Of a DNA stretch of 64,000 bases, positions 12,440 through 26,620 are shown in pieces (position 1 is the stretch's first letter; the number at the start of each line of letters is the position of its first letter). A program made the position numbers and the translations under genes. The stretch comes from Catajapyx aquilonaris (taxonomy: Eukaryota): positions 62,001 through 126,000 of the forward strand of contig KZ537998.1 in the NCBI GenBank assembly GCA_000934665.2, written 5' to 3'. Under the pieces are notes generated by a model. The model did no database searches, was not told the origin of the DNA, and worked only from the letters and a program-made list of their open reading frames with translations.

Positions 12440-12790
12440 ACGTAAAGTGTCTCAACCTGCCCCAATATTTTTGGTCGCCTCTATAGGAAAGTCCATCGTC
12501 AGGGCTTGCAAGCCTTCATAGCTAGTGGGAGGGTATAAACCACGGAGTAATATCCAGTTTTGTTCCAGCTTGACGTATAAATAACATAACTGCGGTGTAC
12601 ATAAAATACACGGTATGCCAATAACTGTCTCCAAATGAAACCAGCAGCTTTGTCATCTTCCCAGCATGTCAACATTTTAGATCTAGCCATCTCACCAACA
12701 ACCTCCCAATTTCGCTTTCTCTGGGCTATTCCTCTCCCATGTAACTCTGGCAGACCGCGCACTATTGGTACCGGCTGAGCCATCAATTTC
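12440..12790 (-). pseudogene. Decayed pogo/Tigger-like (DDE_1) transposase fragment
   Basis: WILLRGLYPPTSYEGLQALTMDFPIEATK resembles IxxxxLPPxTSxxLQPLDxxxxxxxK. Confidence 0.35.
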
Positions 12791-13931
12791 TCCCGAGAAA
12801 AGAGATTTTATCCTGAGTATGTGACCCAAGTTTTGCAGAACTGTCAGTCATTGACCTTGAACAGGCAGACTTCATCGTGTTAGTAATTCTGCAAATAGCG
12901 CTTACTTTTTTCTGGCGTATTTCATGGTTAGTTTCTATACTGTACTATGCATGTAATCGCGGGTGATTTTTTATTAGGATGTATTTGCAACATGGCCTAC
13001 TTCTTCCTTCCCGGATAATTTTTCTTTCCCTCCAGTTTTATATGGCCGTGTCGCAACTGAGTAGAACTATTATAGCCTACTATTACTGACTGTTTCTCAT
13101 TTCCGCACAATAATGGTTATATGTCAAAATGAATCGCCTGATTATGCATGATACCTAAGGAAAGGAATAACAATATCAGATATCTTGGACTCGACTACTA
13201 CAAAGTGTACATCATACAAAGTTCACAATGTACAAAGGACCCGGCCATCGCTGATAAATACCCCACATTCACGCAGCTCCAGAGTCACTTCCCAATATCC
13301 CTCCTAAAATTATGTAAAAGTGACTCATTTTCTAGTGGACTCGGAGATAAGGAGGTTATAAAGGCTTTTAGCCCCACCACCAGAGCGAAACCGATCGGCG
13401 CCATTGCTAATCCCAGTTGAGAGGCCTTCTTCACCCTAGAGTAGACAAAATCCTATAGTGCCAGCTATTACTTATGCCTGTTCTGTAGCCTAGACTATAG
13501 AGTCAGAAAAAGTGCGGCGAGGGGAGTGGGGGGGATTTGATGTAAAAATACGGCGGTACTTTCAGTGGCCTTGTAGAAGGCTTGGGAGCAAAACCACGGA
13601 AGCGTGGAAACCGGAATCACCTCGCCAGGGGGAAAAAAACGTCTCTGTGCATTATGAGGTGAGCCCTAAACACTTGATGAATCGCCTTTTATCACAGACT
13701 GTGCCCCGAGTTTTAGTCGCGTGGAAATAACCCCGCCTAGTAGGCTATGGTGTAAGCAAAAGTTTCTCGGCTTGCAAGAGCTGAATTTGTGGTCTCGATC
13801 CTCTCTGAACTTGAGTTCCAGACCAAACGCGCTCTATCGTTACTTTCAGGCAACACAGCTTCACTCGGATTGGTCAGACTCAGGAAGTGATGCGCAGAAA
13901 TGATGCGTGGCTCAAGTCGGGTTGTCAGAAT

Positions 13932-14171
13932 CAGGGTAACCTCCATGAGTGCCTCCCCCACCTAGACAGGGTATTGTCTCTCCGACATATTGGACCTAAA
14001 TCAGATTGGATCTGCATGCAGTGAAAAAATGTCCTTGAAAAAAAAATTTGGACGCTTGCCAATTTCCTATCCTCCAGCATGCAATCTAGCTCCAATATGG
14101 ACGCCCCATAAGGACTACGTGGAGACAATACCCTGGTTAGGGTGGGGGAGGCAACCATGTAGGGGACCCTG
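13932..14171. mobile_element. hAT-type MITE with perfect 8-bp TSD
   Basis: CAGGG...CCCTG termini, TSD GTCAGAAT at 13924-13931 and 14172-14179, long imperfect arms (GCCTCCCCCACCTAGACAGGGTATTGTCTC / GAGACAATACCCTGGTTAGGGTGGGGGAGGC). Confidence 0.88.
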
Positions 14172-14779
14172 GTCAGAATGATTGTGTTTCACATATTCGG
14201 AATGCCCGTATAATTAAAACTGATTGGCAATTAAATATATAACTGCATATATGCTCTGTGCCGATATTATGAGTGTTGGGAGTGGTATTATGATGGCGTG
14301 AAGATGTGTATGATTGGACATAAACGATGCATTATATATACTCTGCCGGAGCGGATCGTGGGTACATTTTTTTTCCTTCTTTAGCTCGAATTCCCATTTC
14401 CTTGCCGGTCTTACTGATGGATAACCCTCTATTTTCTAGAGCAGATCGTCCATCTGGTAGACTATATGATATGGGCGCTCCCAGCAATCTCCAAGTCCTA
14501 TCCTTTATACATATACTGAGTCCAGCGACTATTCAACCACGAGTTCCTCAATACGATGAAAGCTCAAGTCCGAGGAAATAGCTTACCTCTGCCCCTACCA
14601 ACCTCAAATATAGTTTCATACGGGCCAATCGCAGGCAGACTTGCAGAACTTTACAGCAGATCCAGTTCGTGGTCCGACCTTTCATATAACAGTTTTACTC
14701 AGTCTCCCTATACAGAGTCACCCTGTGTCAGATGAAAGCATATAAGTATTAATATTAAAGTATGAAAAAATACGCTTTC

Positions 14780-15494
14780 AACTGACTGTGTTGACGAAAG
14801 AAACAACTATCTTACCAAGATTTTGTATTTTGAAAGAAGTAACGACAAAAATTGCAGCAGTTCAAAAACACGACCCACTGTGTAAATATCCAATCTGTAC
14901 ATGCACCTTTAAAATAGCACTTTAATGGCCTCTTAATTAATTTTCTCAATATAGAGAACATTAGTAGCAAAATATTCAAAATAAATGTGTTTAAGTATAT
15001 ACATGACATCAATACATGTACCACATTTCTTCATTAGGCTCACTATTAGCACCACTGATCTAATACTGTATTTACAACAACGCAGTAATACGTCATTAAT
15101 GGGGTGTTACTTTATACAGGCCTATACGCTACACAATAACGGTATATTTCTTTCATCACAGTACCTGTGCAGCCTTACTATACGTACTGTACATAGAAGG
15201 GATGGAAAGTGTAGTATAGTCCCCAGAAGTGGAAGTGTCTCGTTAACAATGCAAAAGACTGACATGATTGGCACACGATGGAAGGTGCTGAAAGAAGCAG
15301 GTGGCTCAAGAAGAAGAAGAAGCTTTGACAAGAAGAAGAAGCCCCTGAAAACGCAACTGCTAAGGCATGTCATTTTTCGTCTTCCAACTCATTGGATACT
15401 TGACACTTGGACCAAACAATGCAGCATTTGTTACGTACGACTCCCGCATGAAGGACTCAAATTTTTCCAAAAGTCGTATACTCCGTCGTACTAG
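14780..15494 (+). pseudogene. Possible decayed piggyBac transposase C-terminal part
   Basis: KTRPTV*ISNLYM, KTDMIGT and KQCSICYVRL...FFQKSY weakly resemble the piggyBac RPxxVxxYNxxM motif and cysteine-rich tail. Confidence 0.25.
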
Positions 15495-18400
15495 CCTATA
15501 TTGTTCTTCCAGCAGTCCCCCAATTTTCAAAGCACTGGTCTTATGCAATTTTCAAATACTGTACAGTACACCGTACAGTACGGCCCGGCGAGCGGCTGGA
15601 ACAGCCCAGTAGAATAAGTAAAGTATACAGTGTAATATTGAAAGATTGTTCCGGAATTAAATCTTCATAACTTTCAAACTTACGACTTAGTTACTTCATT
15701 GCTTAAACATGAGGCACTTGGAACATACGCTTTCAGCAGGAACTTGGAAAAAATTAAAATCCCCTAGAAGATAGAGATCAAACGAAAACTTATAAGTTAT
15801 TATAATTTTCAAGAACCAACCAAATGTCACTGTATGGCCTAATCCAACTTATTACAGTGAAAAATTCGTCCCGGTGAACAAGCCAATGTTACACACTAGT
15901 ACCACTTGCTACCTTATCCGCAGGCACATTTTTTTTTTAAACCAACACCACTTGCTGTCTAGGGTTACATCCATACCGACAGTGCCCGAAATACTTGCTG
16001 AAACATTTCTGCCTCAAACAATACGTTTGGCAACAAAAAAAATGTGGTTGACCGCCACAGCAAACCCATTCAAACGCCCAGCATACTTGAACCCTTCACA
16101 AAATTCGCCACTAATGCCAAATGCAAAACTGTCTCTCCCCAGCACCACGAAAATTCCAGCAATCCACAAGAAACAGCGCTCTGCAAAAAAGAGGAAGCAT
16201 ATCTGCATCCTTTAGTCTCCGCATATATTTCTCCACTTAATTCCCCCCACAGAAAAAACGCGTTTGCCAAAAAAAATGGCAGGGGGTATGGCGGGAACAA
16301 GAGGGGGGAAAAAAAAGCGCGGCAGGGTTATGAAACATTATTCAAAGGCCGCACATAAAGGGCGAGTGTGGATGCAGGGAAATTTCCCCACGGAAGCTGT
16401 AGTTTCCTCTCCATGGCTGGGCAGGAGAGAAACGAGGTTAGCTAACAAGACCCTTTTCCAGCCCAAGAGAGGCCTAGCCAACATGCAACTAACGGCTCAA
16501 ATCGAGCCTATCTCCAGACATTGCTCGTTTGCGGCTTTTTTTTTAAAAAAAAAGAGTATAGGCTGGGTAAGATTATGCAACCGGTTTTACTGTGGGTTGT
16601 GATAGAATTCAGATGATTATATTCGTAACGAAGACATATCCGCCACAACATTGCAGATAAGTACTTTTGCTTCAATTATCCCACAGATGAGCCGGAACTT
16701 CCGTCATTTTAATCCGGATGTCAATAAATCCCTGTTCCCATTTACTGGACAAAAAAAACAAAAACAAAATTGCGTCATGAATCAAGCGATATTCGTTCAG
16801 TCCGAATTTCTCCCGTCTATATACACACACAAAATGAACGGGTCAATAATGAAAACGGGCCATCAGGTACCATTAGTTCCTTCGGTTGATGGAGTAGTCG
16901 CAAATATATTAAGCATTCATTGCCAACCAGCAATAAATTGTGTAGCCGGTTTTATGACACAATTTAGCGGAATAGAACCGCTAAATAGGATGGATCGGCT
17001 AGTTTTGCGGCGTATTATTTCATCCCACCGGTGGCGCCCCCCAAATTGGATTTATTAACTGTAATCCGGGGGCATAGTGTTCCCTAAATGCTGGGAAAGG
17101 TCAATCTTTTCCGGTTCACCGACGAATTAACCGGGGGTAAACATGTGATGCTACTCACGTCAGACAATTAGGGAGTAAAGTAAACAGAGGTTCAAGTTTA
17201 CTCGGCGTAATTATTCAAAGGCCCACTTGCCAGAGTACGTGCAAGCCTTATGTCGAGTTAAAATTCAGGCAAATGATTAAATGACGCTGGTGTCAACTCA
17301 GGGTACTAACCCTCACCTACAGGTAATTGAATCTAGAAGTACTAGCTGGTGTTAGTTTCTACAGAATATAGCAACATTTTTTGTACTATGAGACCTACGG
17401 GTAATTACAATGTTATTTCCACTGTCCAGGGTGGAACCCTGAAAAATTTACAAATTGTCACAAATAATTTCTGAGGACTGATCAATACCCAGCAAAATAT
17501 TATACCAACAAATCTGAAATCATCGTGAGCGAGAGGCTTGTAAAATCATAGACTACATTGAAATAACGTTGCATGCTAGTATCGACTTCTGAATTCAATT
17601 GGCAGTTCTGCAATCGCACGGAACCTCCTTGTCGGTTCTGCAGAAATATGAAGTGTAAGTTACAGGGAGGGGGAGGAAAAAACTCCGGAATGGACGCCTC
17701 CCTAAGGAGTTGAGAACTACCTCATTTCATTCACATTTGGGCTGCGCACACATTTCATCGGACGATGAAATGTTTGCTATCGTTCCAGGAAATGGAATGG
17801 CAAACACAAATTTAGTTCCAGGATCAACTTGCAAGTCGCAATGAAAGAAAAAAAAAGGCGTAGCAGCCTCCACTGCTATCAGCAATTTTTTAGCCACCCT
17901 CTTTTCGGTGACGAGATGAAAAGCCTACAGTTTAATTAGAGTGCGCAGGCTATTTCTGTCACTAATGCAGGAAAATTCACTTTTGAAGGTATTGGACGTT
18001 TTTCCTGCAAACATATCCGTCATCAATTCTCCGTTCTACCGAATGCAGTCGCGGTCTTTCGTACATCAGTTTGTATCGCTTGCGGCTGTAAAAGGTATAA
18101 CCATATGACAAGCTGTTTACAAGATGGGGAAAAGGTACAGCTCGGATTTGTTGACTCACACCCCATCGTTCACCCATAGGAGCAATATGCCATTAAGCGC
18201 CAAGAACTTATGAGCTCATCAACAGGTGTATATGGTGACTGGGGTTAAATGATACCCTATTAGACAAGACCCGTGCCAAATTACAGGCCCCGTCAGTTTG
18301 CGTAATGGAGCCCGCATTTTTCCTCTATATGCATTACATAATAACAAGTCGTAACAATTTACTTCAATCAACTTCCATGACATTGACAGTCTAGTTATAT

Positions 18401-18911
18401 ACGTGTCGGCGACGGAGTTAGAAAACCATGGGTGACCTCACAACATCCTTTTGTTTCAGCCAGTCCGTGTCATAGTGAAGTTTAGTATCGGGTTTCGACG
18501 TGTTAGGCAGAACTATATAACTGCACGCTATTTTCATTAGCGTTATAATTAAAATGCAATAATACATTTATCAAACTACTAGACTACTCTTCATAATACT
18601 GCATCGTCGGTGATCATGCAAAACCTCGTATCTTCCATTGGTTTTTGTAGGAGATACGAGGATTTTTCATGGTCACCGACGACATGCAAACTACGGCGCG
18701 GCGTGACACCCGGAAAATTTCATTTTAGTCAACATCCTACACCATACACTCATACAATATTACCAGAACACTGCTTACGTATACTGCATTGTTGTGCATT
18801 CGTATCTATAGTAAGAGTGCAGTTCCTAGCTCATGATCGGTTACAGAAGCACGAAGTAATGTGGAAATATATTTATAGGCAAATAACTTTTTGCAACACC
18901 CTTATAATAAA

Positions 18912-19313
18912 TCTATCATATTAAAATCCTTGCGGTGTTTCATCGAACCCTCTGATTGGTCCGCCGCATATTGTTACCGCCACTTCCCCATTGGCTCGCG
19001 TTCTACTTATGCGCAATGAGGTGTAAACAACTCCTCTGTTGGGTTGCCGGGGAAACTGTCCATTCCTTCTCTGTATTGTTGCCCAGTTAGCACTACTGTG
19101 AAGTTGTTTACCGAGTCAGTTCCCTTTATGGAACGACAGACACAGGGCAGACATGTTCTCACTTCTCACTATCACTAATCAGGCCGTTCGAAGACTGCTG
19201 GAGGGCTAACGTTACACCCTCCCCCGGCGATATGGTGCGCCGAATAGGTACCCCAGGCCGCAGGCCTAGAAAAGAGCGAGCGAACCGAGTGGTTTTCTTG
19301 GCCTGCGCCCTAG
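18912..19313 (+). mobile_element. Non-autonomous Helitron-like element
   Basis: 5' A|TCTATCATATTAAAA, 3' GC-rich hairpin GCAGGCC-TAGAAAA...TTTTCT-TGGCCTGC then CTAG|T; no TSD. Confidence 0.5.
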
Positions 19314-21700
19314 TAAAATGCGAGCGGAGCGAGGGTTTTCCTGCATAATTTAAAGTGGAAAAAAATGATTGAAATCTGAATAGGCCGAGCTAATAATAGT
19401 ATACAGTTCTCATTATTTTCAGCAAGGTCATTAGTCATTACTACTACTCGAATCGCATGAGTACAGTGCAGTAGTTTCACCTGATATAAGCCCAGTAATT
19501 CATATCTAGAAAATCATTAATCATTTCTATTCCTAGAAACTATTTCCAGTCAGAGAAAATAACAATGGCACGATAATTGCTTGTATAGTGATTGAGGTGG
19601 AGAAAATACCCTCATGATTTAGCCAATTACACTCCACGTTGCTCGACAGGCACAATTATATTCCTATAACACAATACTCCATCTATCTGATTGAAAAATC
19701 TCATTACTTGCAAATTATAACATATAGCTCCGGATCCTGCAGCGTAAAATAATCTCTCCATTTCACGCGCCCCATAGTCAAACTAAATCAAGCCCACGCT
19801 AAAAAAAATTTCATTGTTCCCTGACTTAACATTTGATTCATCGAAAGACGGAATAATGACCTTTAATAAGCTGATTCATAATAGGTTTAGCCAAGAGATA
19901 GGAAAATATTATAGCTCCTCATTATGCCTCACTAAATGAACGCTATTATCTAACCTCATTTCGTTGATGGGAGGAGAATCAATTGAAAATTCACAATCTC
20001 AAAACTCTCCCTCCCAATCCCCAGACCATTTCTTAACGCACACAAAAAAAAAATACTGTAAGACGGCAAAGTGAGCAAATATTTTCTTTGCGGAAGAAAC
20101 ACAAATGTGCATTTGGCCTCCCTTAGCGTCAGTTTTAAAAAATCATAATGGAAACAAACGTGACACTGCACGAGAACAATTTTCCACCGCTCTGGCCGGA
20201 CTCGATGTGGATGAAATTTCTCATTATACCTGGGACCTTCCTAATTAAAAACACGCGAGAGGCCTTTTTCAAGCCCTTCTCTAAGACAGACTAGAAAATG
20301 GGACTGCATTTCAAATGTTCTTCACCACTTCTGCACGTTACTTTTGTGGAAGAATAGGCTGAGTCGCAGTATGGAGCCATATTCACAGCCATTACTGTAC
20401 ACATATCCTCATTCGCTCAACAACTAATCAAGATTCAATCTAAGCTGTTATATAAATATGACAGTTTAGAGCAAGGTGACACCCCCACTATTATAATAGA
20501 TGCTGAGAATAGATTGCATCCATGCCCTCGAGCGGGCTGCACATAACTTCAGATATGAAGCAAGGGTATAGTATAGTTCGCAATAAAAAAAAATGAGAGT
20601 GGTGAACATGACATAAGAGGCTGATTATACCCAGTTGAGACTCCTTGACGCAAGATAGCTTTTCTCTGGCGCCCTCTTCATAGCCATCAATTCCCTAGCT
20701 CGATAGATGAGCCTAAGATGGATAGGCGCTCTTCTGAAGTCCTTATTGTAGGCCCCGAAAACCCACGTCGTTCCATGGAACCACAAGTGGCTATGCGCAC
20801 TTCTGGACGCGAGTTTCTCATTAATGATTCAATTTGGCCGCTTTCAAATACCCCTTACTTGACGCTGTTGTTTACTGACGAAACATCATTTTAATGGCTG
20901 GCCGCCCGAATACACCAGGCGACACTATCTTCTCACCGTTTGCCAGCAATTTGGCCGAGATACCGCCAATTTAGATTTCGCTTCGATTTCTCAAAAGCTG
21001 ACATTACTTCATAAACAGGGTTTATGACACCTCCCCCCCCCCCCATCCTTTTATACGTCGAATCATAAAGCCCAACTATAACATTCGGCTAAATGAAGCT
21101 TCCCNTTCCCTCCCCCCCCCCCTCTACCCCACCCCCTGAAAGCTGCACTTTATTACTCCAAGCTGCTCCACTGATACTCCACATTTCAAGAAGACGTGAT
21201 CTAAATTTTGACCAAATAATTTCCAAGGTCATGCATAAGTTCGGAGCACGGCCTGGTTATGTCATACACGCAATGATGTCACACGTAAACATTTGACTGG
21301 CCACTCTAATTTACCCTTGACCTGCATGTCCACCCATTGAAGATGACCGCCTTTTTCTTGACAAGAACAATCGCCGCAAATTGTTATCCTCATGATCGTA
21401 CAGTAAACGACCTATAAATAGCCGCACTTCCCAAAAATACTGCCCCCACACACACACAAAAAATGGCGCATGGCAACCACGCACCAAAACACTCGATGGC
21501 TGCCATGCACCCTCTTCTCAACCCTCTGAAAATCGATATAACTGTCTGCCCACCAGATTCTCCGTGACCTTACATTTCTTAGCCTTGACTGTCCTAACAA
21601 ACATGTCTTCATATATGACATATGCAAAACTACATGACCACACGACATATAATTCAATGATTCTTCTTATGGTAGGGTCGAAGATCACATTCCTCAACTT

Positions 21701-21865
21701 TGCCGTCCCAATGAGAAACACCATATCTGCAAAACTAGTAAGGGCGAAAGCCGCATACATTTCCTGCACTAATCCCCCCTGAGTCAGGGGGAATTAGTGT
21801 AGGGCATGCACGCGATCTTCACCCTTACTAGTTTTGCAGATAGGGTGTTTCTCCTTGGAATGCCA
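21701..21865. repeat. ~165-bp imperfect foldback
   Basis: GAGAAACACCATATCTGCAAAACTAGTAAGGG ... CCCTTACTAGTTTTGCAGATAGGGTGTTTCTC, centre CCCCCTGA-G-TCAGGGGG. Confidence 0.88.
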
Positions 21866-22794
21866 GTACTGGTATCCGATATCCTAAGTTTGGTAGTATG
21901 GAAGTAGGTAGAGGAGACCCTTCTGTAAGAATGGGTCTGCCAGCCTTATGGCGATTGAATTGGGACGAAGAGCAGGAAAGAGAGCGTTCTTTGTGCACCG
22001 CACTGAGAGGATTTTAGCCACGCTGAAGAAGACGACGACGAAAAAAAAAGTTAGGAGGTGCATTGGATTCGCCCCGAGGGCCAGGCCAAATGGGGCAGAA
22101 GAGATGCCGCCTCGTCTTGCTTCAATGTCGTTTTCCGTCGTCTTCAACACTGCAGGAGAACCTACCCTCCCTATGCCGTCATTTTTTTTTTCTTCCACGG
22201 TTATTTTCTGTCGGAAAATGGGAAGCCACTCAGAAAATTGGACTACCAACTTGGGTCTGGCAACGTGGCAGATTCCAAGGTCATGCGGAACCACTTTTTT
22301 TTTTAAGCCTGAACAAACCGGTTTTGTGCTTCCTTTCCGGTTTCCGGCGCCGGAAACTGGTTTTTTCCAGCCCCCTTTCAACCTGCAGCGACGGGTTGTG
22401 CAGAACTGCCACGGTTCTTGGGGGCAAAAGAAGATTCTGCATTGTAACCGATTTTTCGCCCGACACTTTCCACAAAAACTGGTTTTACCCAGGCCTTTCC
22501 GCCTTCCGGTTGACTGTTATTCGAGAATTTAGGATTCGCCGAGCTTATAAACAAAAGGAGATGTCAGACACCCGAACGACTTCAAACTGTTCAGGCGGTT
22601 ATACGAATGCGTCTTTACTGCACATACGGCTTTTTTCCTAAACGCCCGCCGTTCTTTCCCAGTGTCTTTCCAACCCTTCCTCTTGAAACCGGGTCTAACC
22701 ACTGAAAACTCTTCACTTCCTCATTTGTAGCATTTCCCCAACTTCCTCCCCTAAAACCGGGTTGATCTCTCTGGACTCCCCTCCCCTCCCCCAG

Positions 22795-23046
22795 CCTCCA
22801 GAAGAACACGCCATCTTCCACCCTCCAAGAAGCCCTTCCGGATATTCAGCAGTGCATTTGGCAAGTGTGCCCCCACCGGCGAATGGAATAAAGGGCGAGC
22901 CAGAGGCTAATGATGGCTGCGACCCGGATGCTGCGTGGCGCCATGACACCCCCAGCTCTGCCCTCATCCTGCATAAAAAGGCACTTGGGCACGCCCTAAA
23001 CGCCATGTCGGAAGCCCTAGCTGCAGATTTGCTGCCAGTGACATAG
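22795..23046 (+). CDS. Candidate terminal coding exon, product unknown
   Basis: Pyrimidine tract plus CAG at 22775-22794, open frame PPEEHAIF...IKGEPE...ADLLPVT then TAG; no recognisable domain and no linked exons. Confidence 0.2.
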   Translation, partial: PPEEHAIFHPPRSPSGYSAVHLASVPPPANGIKGEPEANDGCDPDAAWRHDTPSSALILHKKALGHALNAMSEALAADLLPVT

Positions 23047-26000
23047 AGGGGGCTTGGGGCATTTTCCAGGAGCAGATATGAAGCCCCCCTGGATCGTTCT
23101 TCAAGCAAAAGAGAGGGGGAGGGGGTGGTCTATAGAGATCCCCCCAGCGGTTGCTAACGAGTAACGACGTCCTATAGTACCTCCATGCACAAGGGGTTGC
23201 CAACGATCAAAAGAGGGGAAGGATGGGGTAACGCCACGTGCAGAACTGCACTTCGAAACGACTATTCAAAAGCCTGCTTTTCGACTCAGATGACACTTTT
23301 GGCAGGAATTTCTATTTCTACTGACAAGTGACCATCAACATACTGTATAAATGAAATTTCAGATCTATCAGTCTCCGCAGCATTGGGATGGTGTTAGAAG
23401 AAAGGAAAATGACTTGTAGGACCTTGGCATGCTTTATACTCCAATCAACTCAAGCCTCATTCGTGCATCATAAAATAATAGCCATACAATGCGGTTGGGC
23501 GTCCCATTAGAGCCGTGGATAATTCGGGCATGAAATCGCGACGTTGTGCCGGACACACAATGACATTTCATTCGTGACTAAACCAAAATTGAAGCAACAC
23601 AATTGTTCGGTATGAACAAAAACCTTTTTCATCCCTTGGAATAAAACTGCAAACTCCACAGAAATTTGATACAGTGTGATTCAACAAAATTGATAGATTC
23701 TGTTTTTTTTCCAAGGGTCATAATGTCCATTCAAGGAGATTGATGGGGTGGATGGAAGAGAGGTAGGGGGGGGGGGGTTAAAATGAAGCGAATGAACGCA
23801 GTTGGCGATTCATTGGGAAAGGATCAACTCCCGGCTGGCTTATCAGTAAGCGGATTTTCTTCTAATCCCCACTCGGGAGAGGCAATTCGAGGAGCCCGTG
23901 GAAAAAAAAAAAGGTAAAAGCGAACACCCGCCCTTTTACACATCTTCGTCTTTAAAACTGGAATCAAATCGAACCATCCAATCGGGTTTGCGTGATTTGA
24001 TGTCATTCGAATCTTCCAGCCTTTTACACCCATGGCATGCAGCGGACTCTGTCACACTTTTGGAACTCGGCAGAATATTCGGGCTGTTACTATATATACA
24101 TGGATGTAGAATTTATGTGAATTCCTGCATAGTTGTCTTCAGGCGCAGTGTACACAACATTGCTCACCAGGCTAATTATGACACACAATAAAACATTGCA
24201 CACAAGACGTGTCAAGTCGCACATAGTCCATGGTGCGTATAAGTCAAGTAAGTTATCTGCTGAATTTCCCTACCGAAATTTGTGAAAAAATATCCCACAT
24301 AAGGAATCATGAAATCTTCCAACGGCATACTTTAATATCATCCTATTCTGACTCAGATCGTTCTGGACTTCACATACTGTACGCCATGTTTCACAAAATT
24401 ATCTAAAAAAATACCTCACAAAATACATAAACAACAAATTATTAGTGATGTGTACCCATAATTATCTGGGTGTTCCCAACTGAATACGGCACTGTATTTG
24501 TGTGAAAACAAAAACCAATCAGGCATTTATCCTAACATTGCAGGGCAATATATCGACTCATCTGTTCAAATGAATGTCTAACTTCCAGGATGAAGCGGGA
24601 AACAGATACGGGCCAAAGGGCAAAGACCGGATGGATTCACAGATCACAGGGATACGACCACGGATACGACAGAGGTGAAACAGATGAGTACGTATTTCGC
24701 CAGATTAGGCCTATATATAAAAATAAATTCGTGACTTTACTATTCCTCAGTTTCACATTTGCACGAAGAAAAATTAATGACAACTTCGCCAAAGAAACTA
24801 CCATATTTTTTACCATTTGCTTACCATTTGCTTAGCATTCATATACACTCGTGCCCAATGTAACTGGGAACATCACGTAGCCTGTGTCCACGTTGCATAT
24901 TTCCACTCTACAGGCACATTTAAAAAGTTTCACATCAACATTCGGGACCCACCCTCAGCAATTTTCGGAGTGAACCTGCCCCCCGTTTTTAACACACATC
25001 CCTGCAACATGTAAATCCTGCAAAAAGAAAAATGAGAACCTGCTGCAATTCCAGTAAAGCTTGCTTTTGCACAAGCAGTGTCTGCTAGCAATCTGACACC
25101 GATGCCACTTAGGCGGGGTACCCGAATTTCATTTTGCCAGGCCAGACCTCTCCCTAAAAGGAGGACTTGGGGACCGATATAATTCCGGGGGAGGAGCAAA
25201 CACAGTTCTTTCCATGTGAATACCTTACCAAACCCAAGGAGCCCTAATTTCGCCTAGGTATTGTTTGGGCCTCCAGTCCGCAATGTGGGAATTCCACCAT
25301 TTGTAGCCCCCCGCCATTGTTCTCGCACGCGCCCCTGCTCTTTCTTTACTAATTACTATAGCCTGCTGTTCATAGCCTCCCAGAGAGACTTAGGAGGGAG
25401 GGACGCTGGGAGTAAAGCTATTTCCATGCCCAGGTTATAGTTCCTAAAAACCTTGCTAGAAACTCGCCATAGTCCATGGCGATACAGGATGTGACAAAAT
25501 GCACGCCATGATACATAAGGTGTTCCAAATGACATTCGTTTAAGGTCACAATTTTATAAGCAGTTTTAGCAATCACCTTTGTGATACGAAAATACATCCT
25601 GAGACTACTATAAGAGAACTTCTTAAAAACATGTTTGCCGGACCACTCCGTTCCTCTCTTCCCCATAAGTTCAACAGGCCATTATCACTGTATGGGTCTC
25701 AGTCTACTTATTTCTCATGGAAGGTGTACACATAGAGATTCCACAAAAAACACGAATGAATATAAAAAGCCCGAGATTTAATAATCCTCTTAACAAAAAC
25801 AAGCACCATACACACAGGCACTCCCCATTGTAACCAAATACGTGTTATGGCGCCCTTCGCTTTCACGTAGCTGTACTGAACCCAGTTTATTTCACACTGG
25901 AAAATAAAGTTAGCACCCACTGCTGAAAGCCACAACAAGTGACGATATTTTAATTCCCCGAGGCCTCAGCAGGCTGTTTTTTTGCAGCCTGCTTCGTGCC

Positions 26001-26278
26001 ATCCCGCATGTAAGTTATACAGGGACAACAAAAATGCCTCCTCATGCCTTGCAACATCTTACAACAGCTATCTTGAAGTTATATATTATTCATATTCAAG
26101 AGCGGAGCCTTTCGTAATCGCCGTGAACGAGCTATATAGGGGCGGGGGAGAGTAACGACCTTTATAATCCTCCAACCTTTACCGTCTCTTATTGCCAGAA
26201 TTTGCAAGGTATGAAGAAATTCAGAAATTTCAACAGTTGCCCTTCATAAATCGTTACATATAATATTCAGAAAGTAAT

Positions 26279-26565
26279 ACCAAAGCAGTTGGAGTAGGGG
26301 ATATGGTGTCCGACTGCTAATCGGGAGGTCCTGGGATCAAATCCCGGGGCCGGCAACTCTGACCGTGGTTTTCTGTGGTTTCCCACGGTCCTTTCAGGAA
26401 AATTCCGGATTTGCTTCCGTAATTAATAGGCCACAGCCGCTTCCTTCCGTCCCTATATCATATCCCAAAGAGCACAGTAAAATAAAAGCAAAGAGTTCCA
26501 GGCAAAACAAATTTCCCCCCCTAAAGAGCCGATGGCTGATAACGGGGTATGAATTATTATTATTA

Positions 26566-26607
<42 letters not shown>

Positions 26608-26620
26608 TATAATTATAATT
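26279..26620 (+). mobile_element. tRNA-derived SINE, family 1
   Basis: tRNA-like head with B-box-like GGATCAAATCCC, body GGTTTTCTGTGGTTTCCC...GGCCACAGCCGCTTCCTTCC, (TAT)n tail, 16-bp TSD ATATTCAGAAAGTAAT; second copy at 62271-62615. Confidence 0.92.

Noticed and set aside
14040..14125. APIWTPHK peptide resembling a LINE reverse transcriptase C-terminus
   Set aside because: Lies inside the arm of a hAT MITE with clear TSD; coincidental
21884..22641. Overlapping 165-194 aa ORFs
   Set aside because: Open on several frames in GC-rich sequence with homopolymer runs; no recognisable domain
26279..26356. SINE heads as extra tRNA genes (also near 27990-28041, 40445-40517, 47530-47607, 62271-62348)
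   Set aside because: No complete cloverleaf, and each continues into a SINE body with tail and TSD
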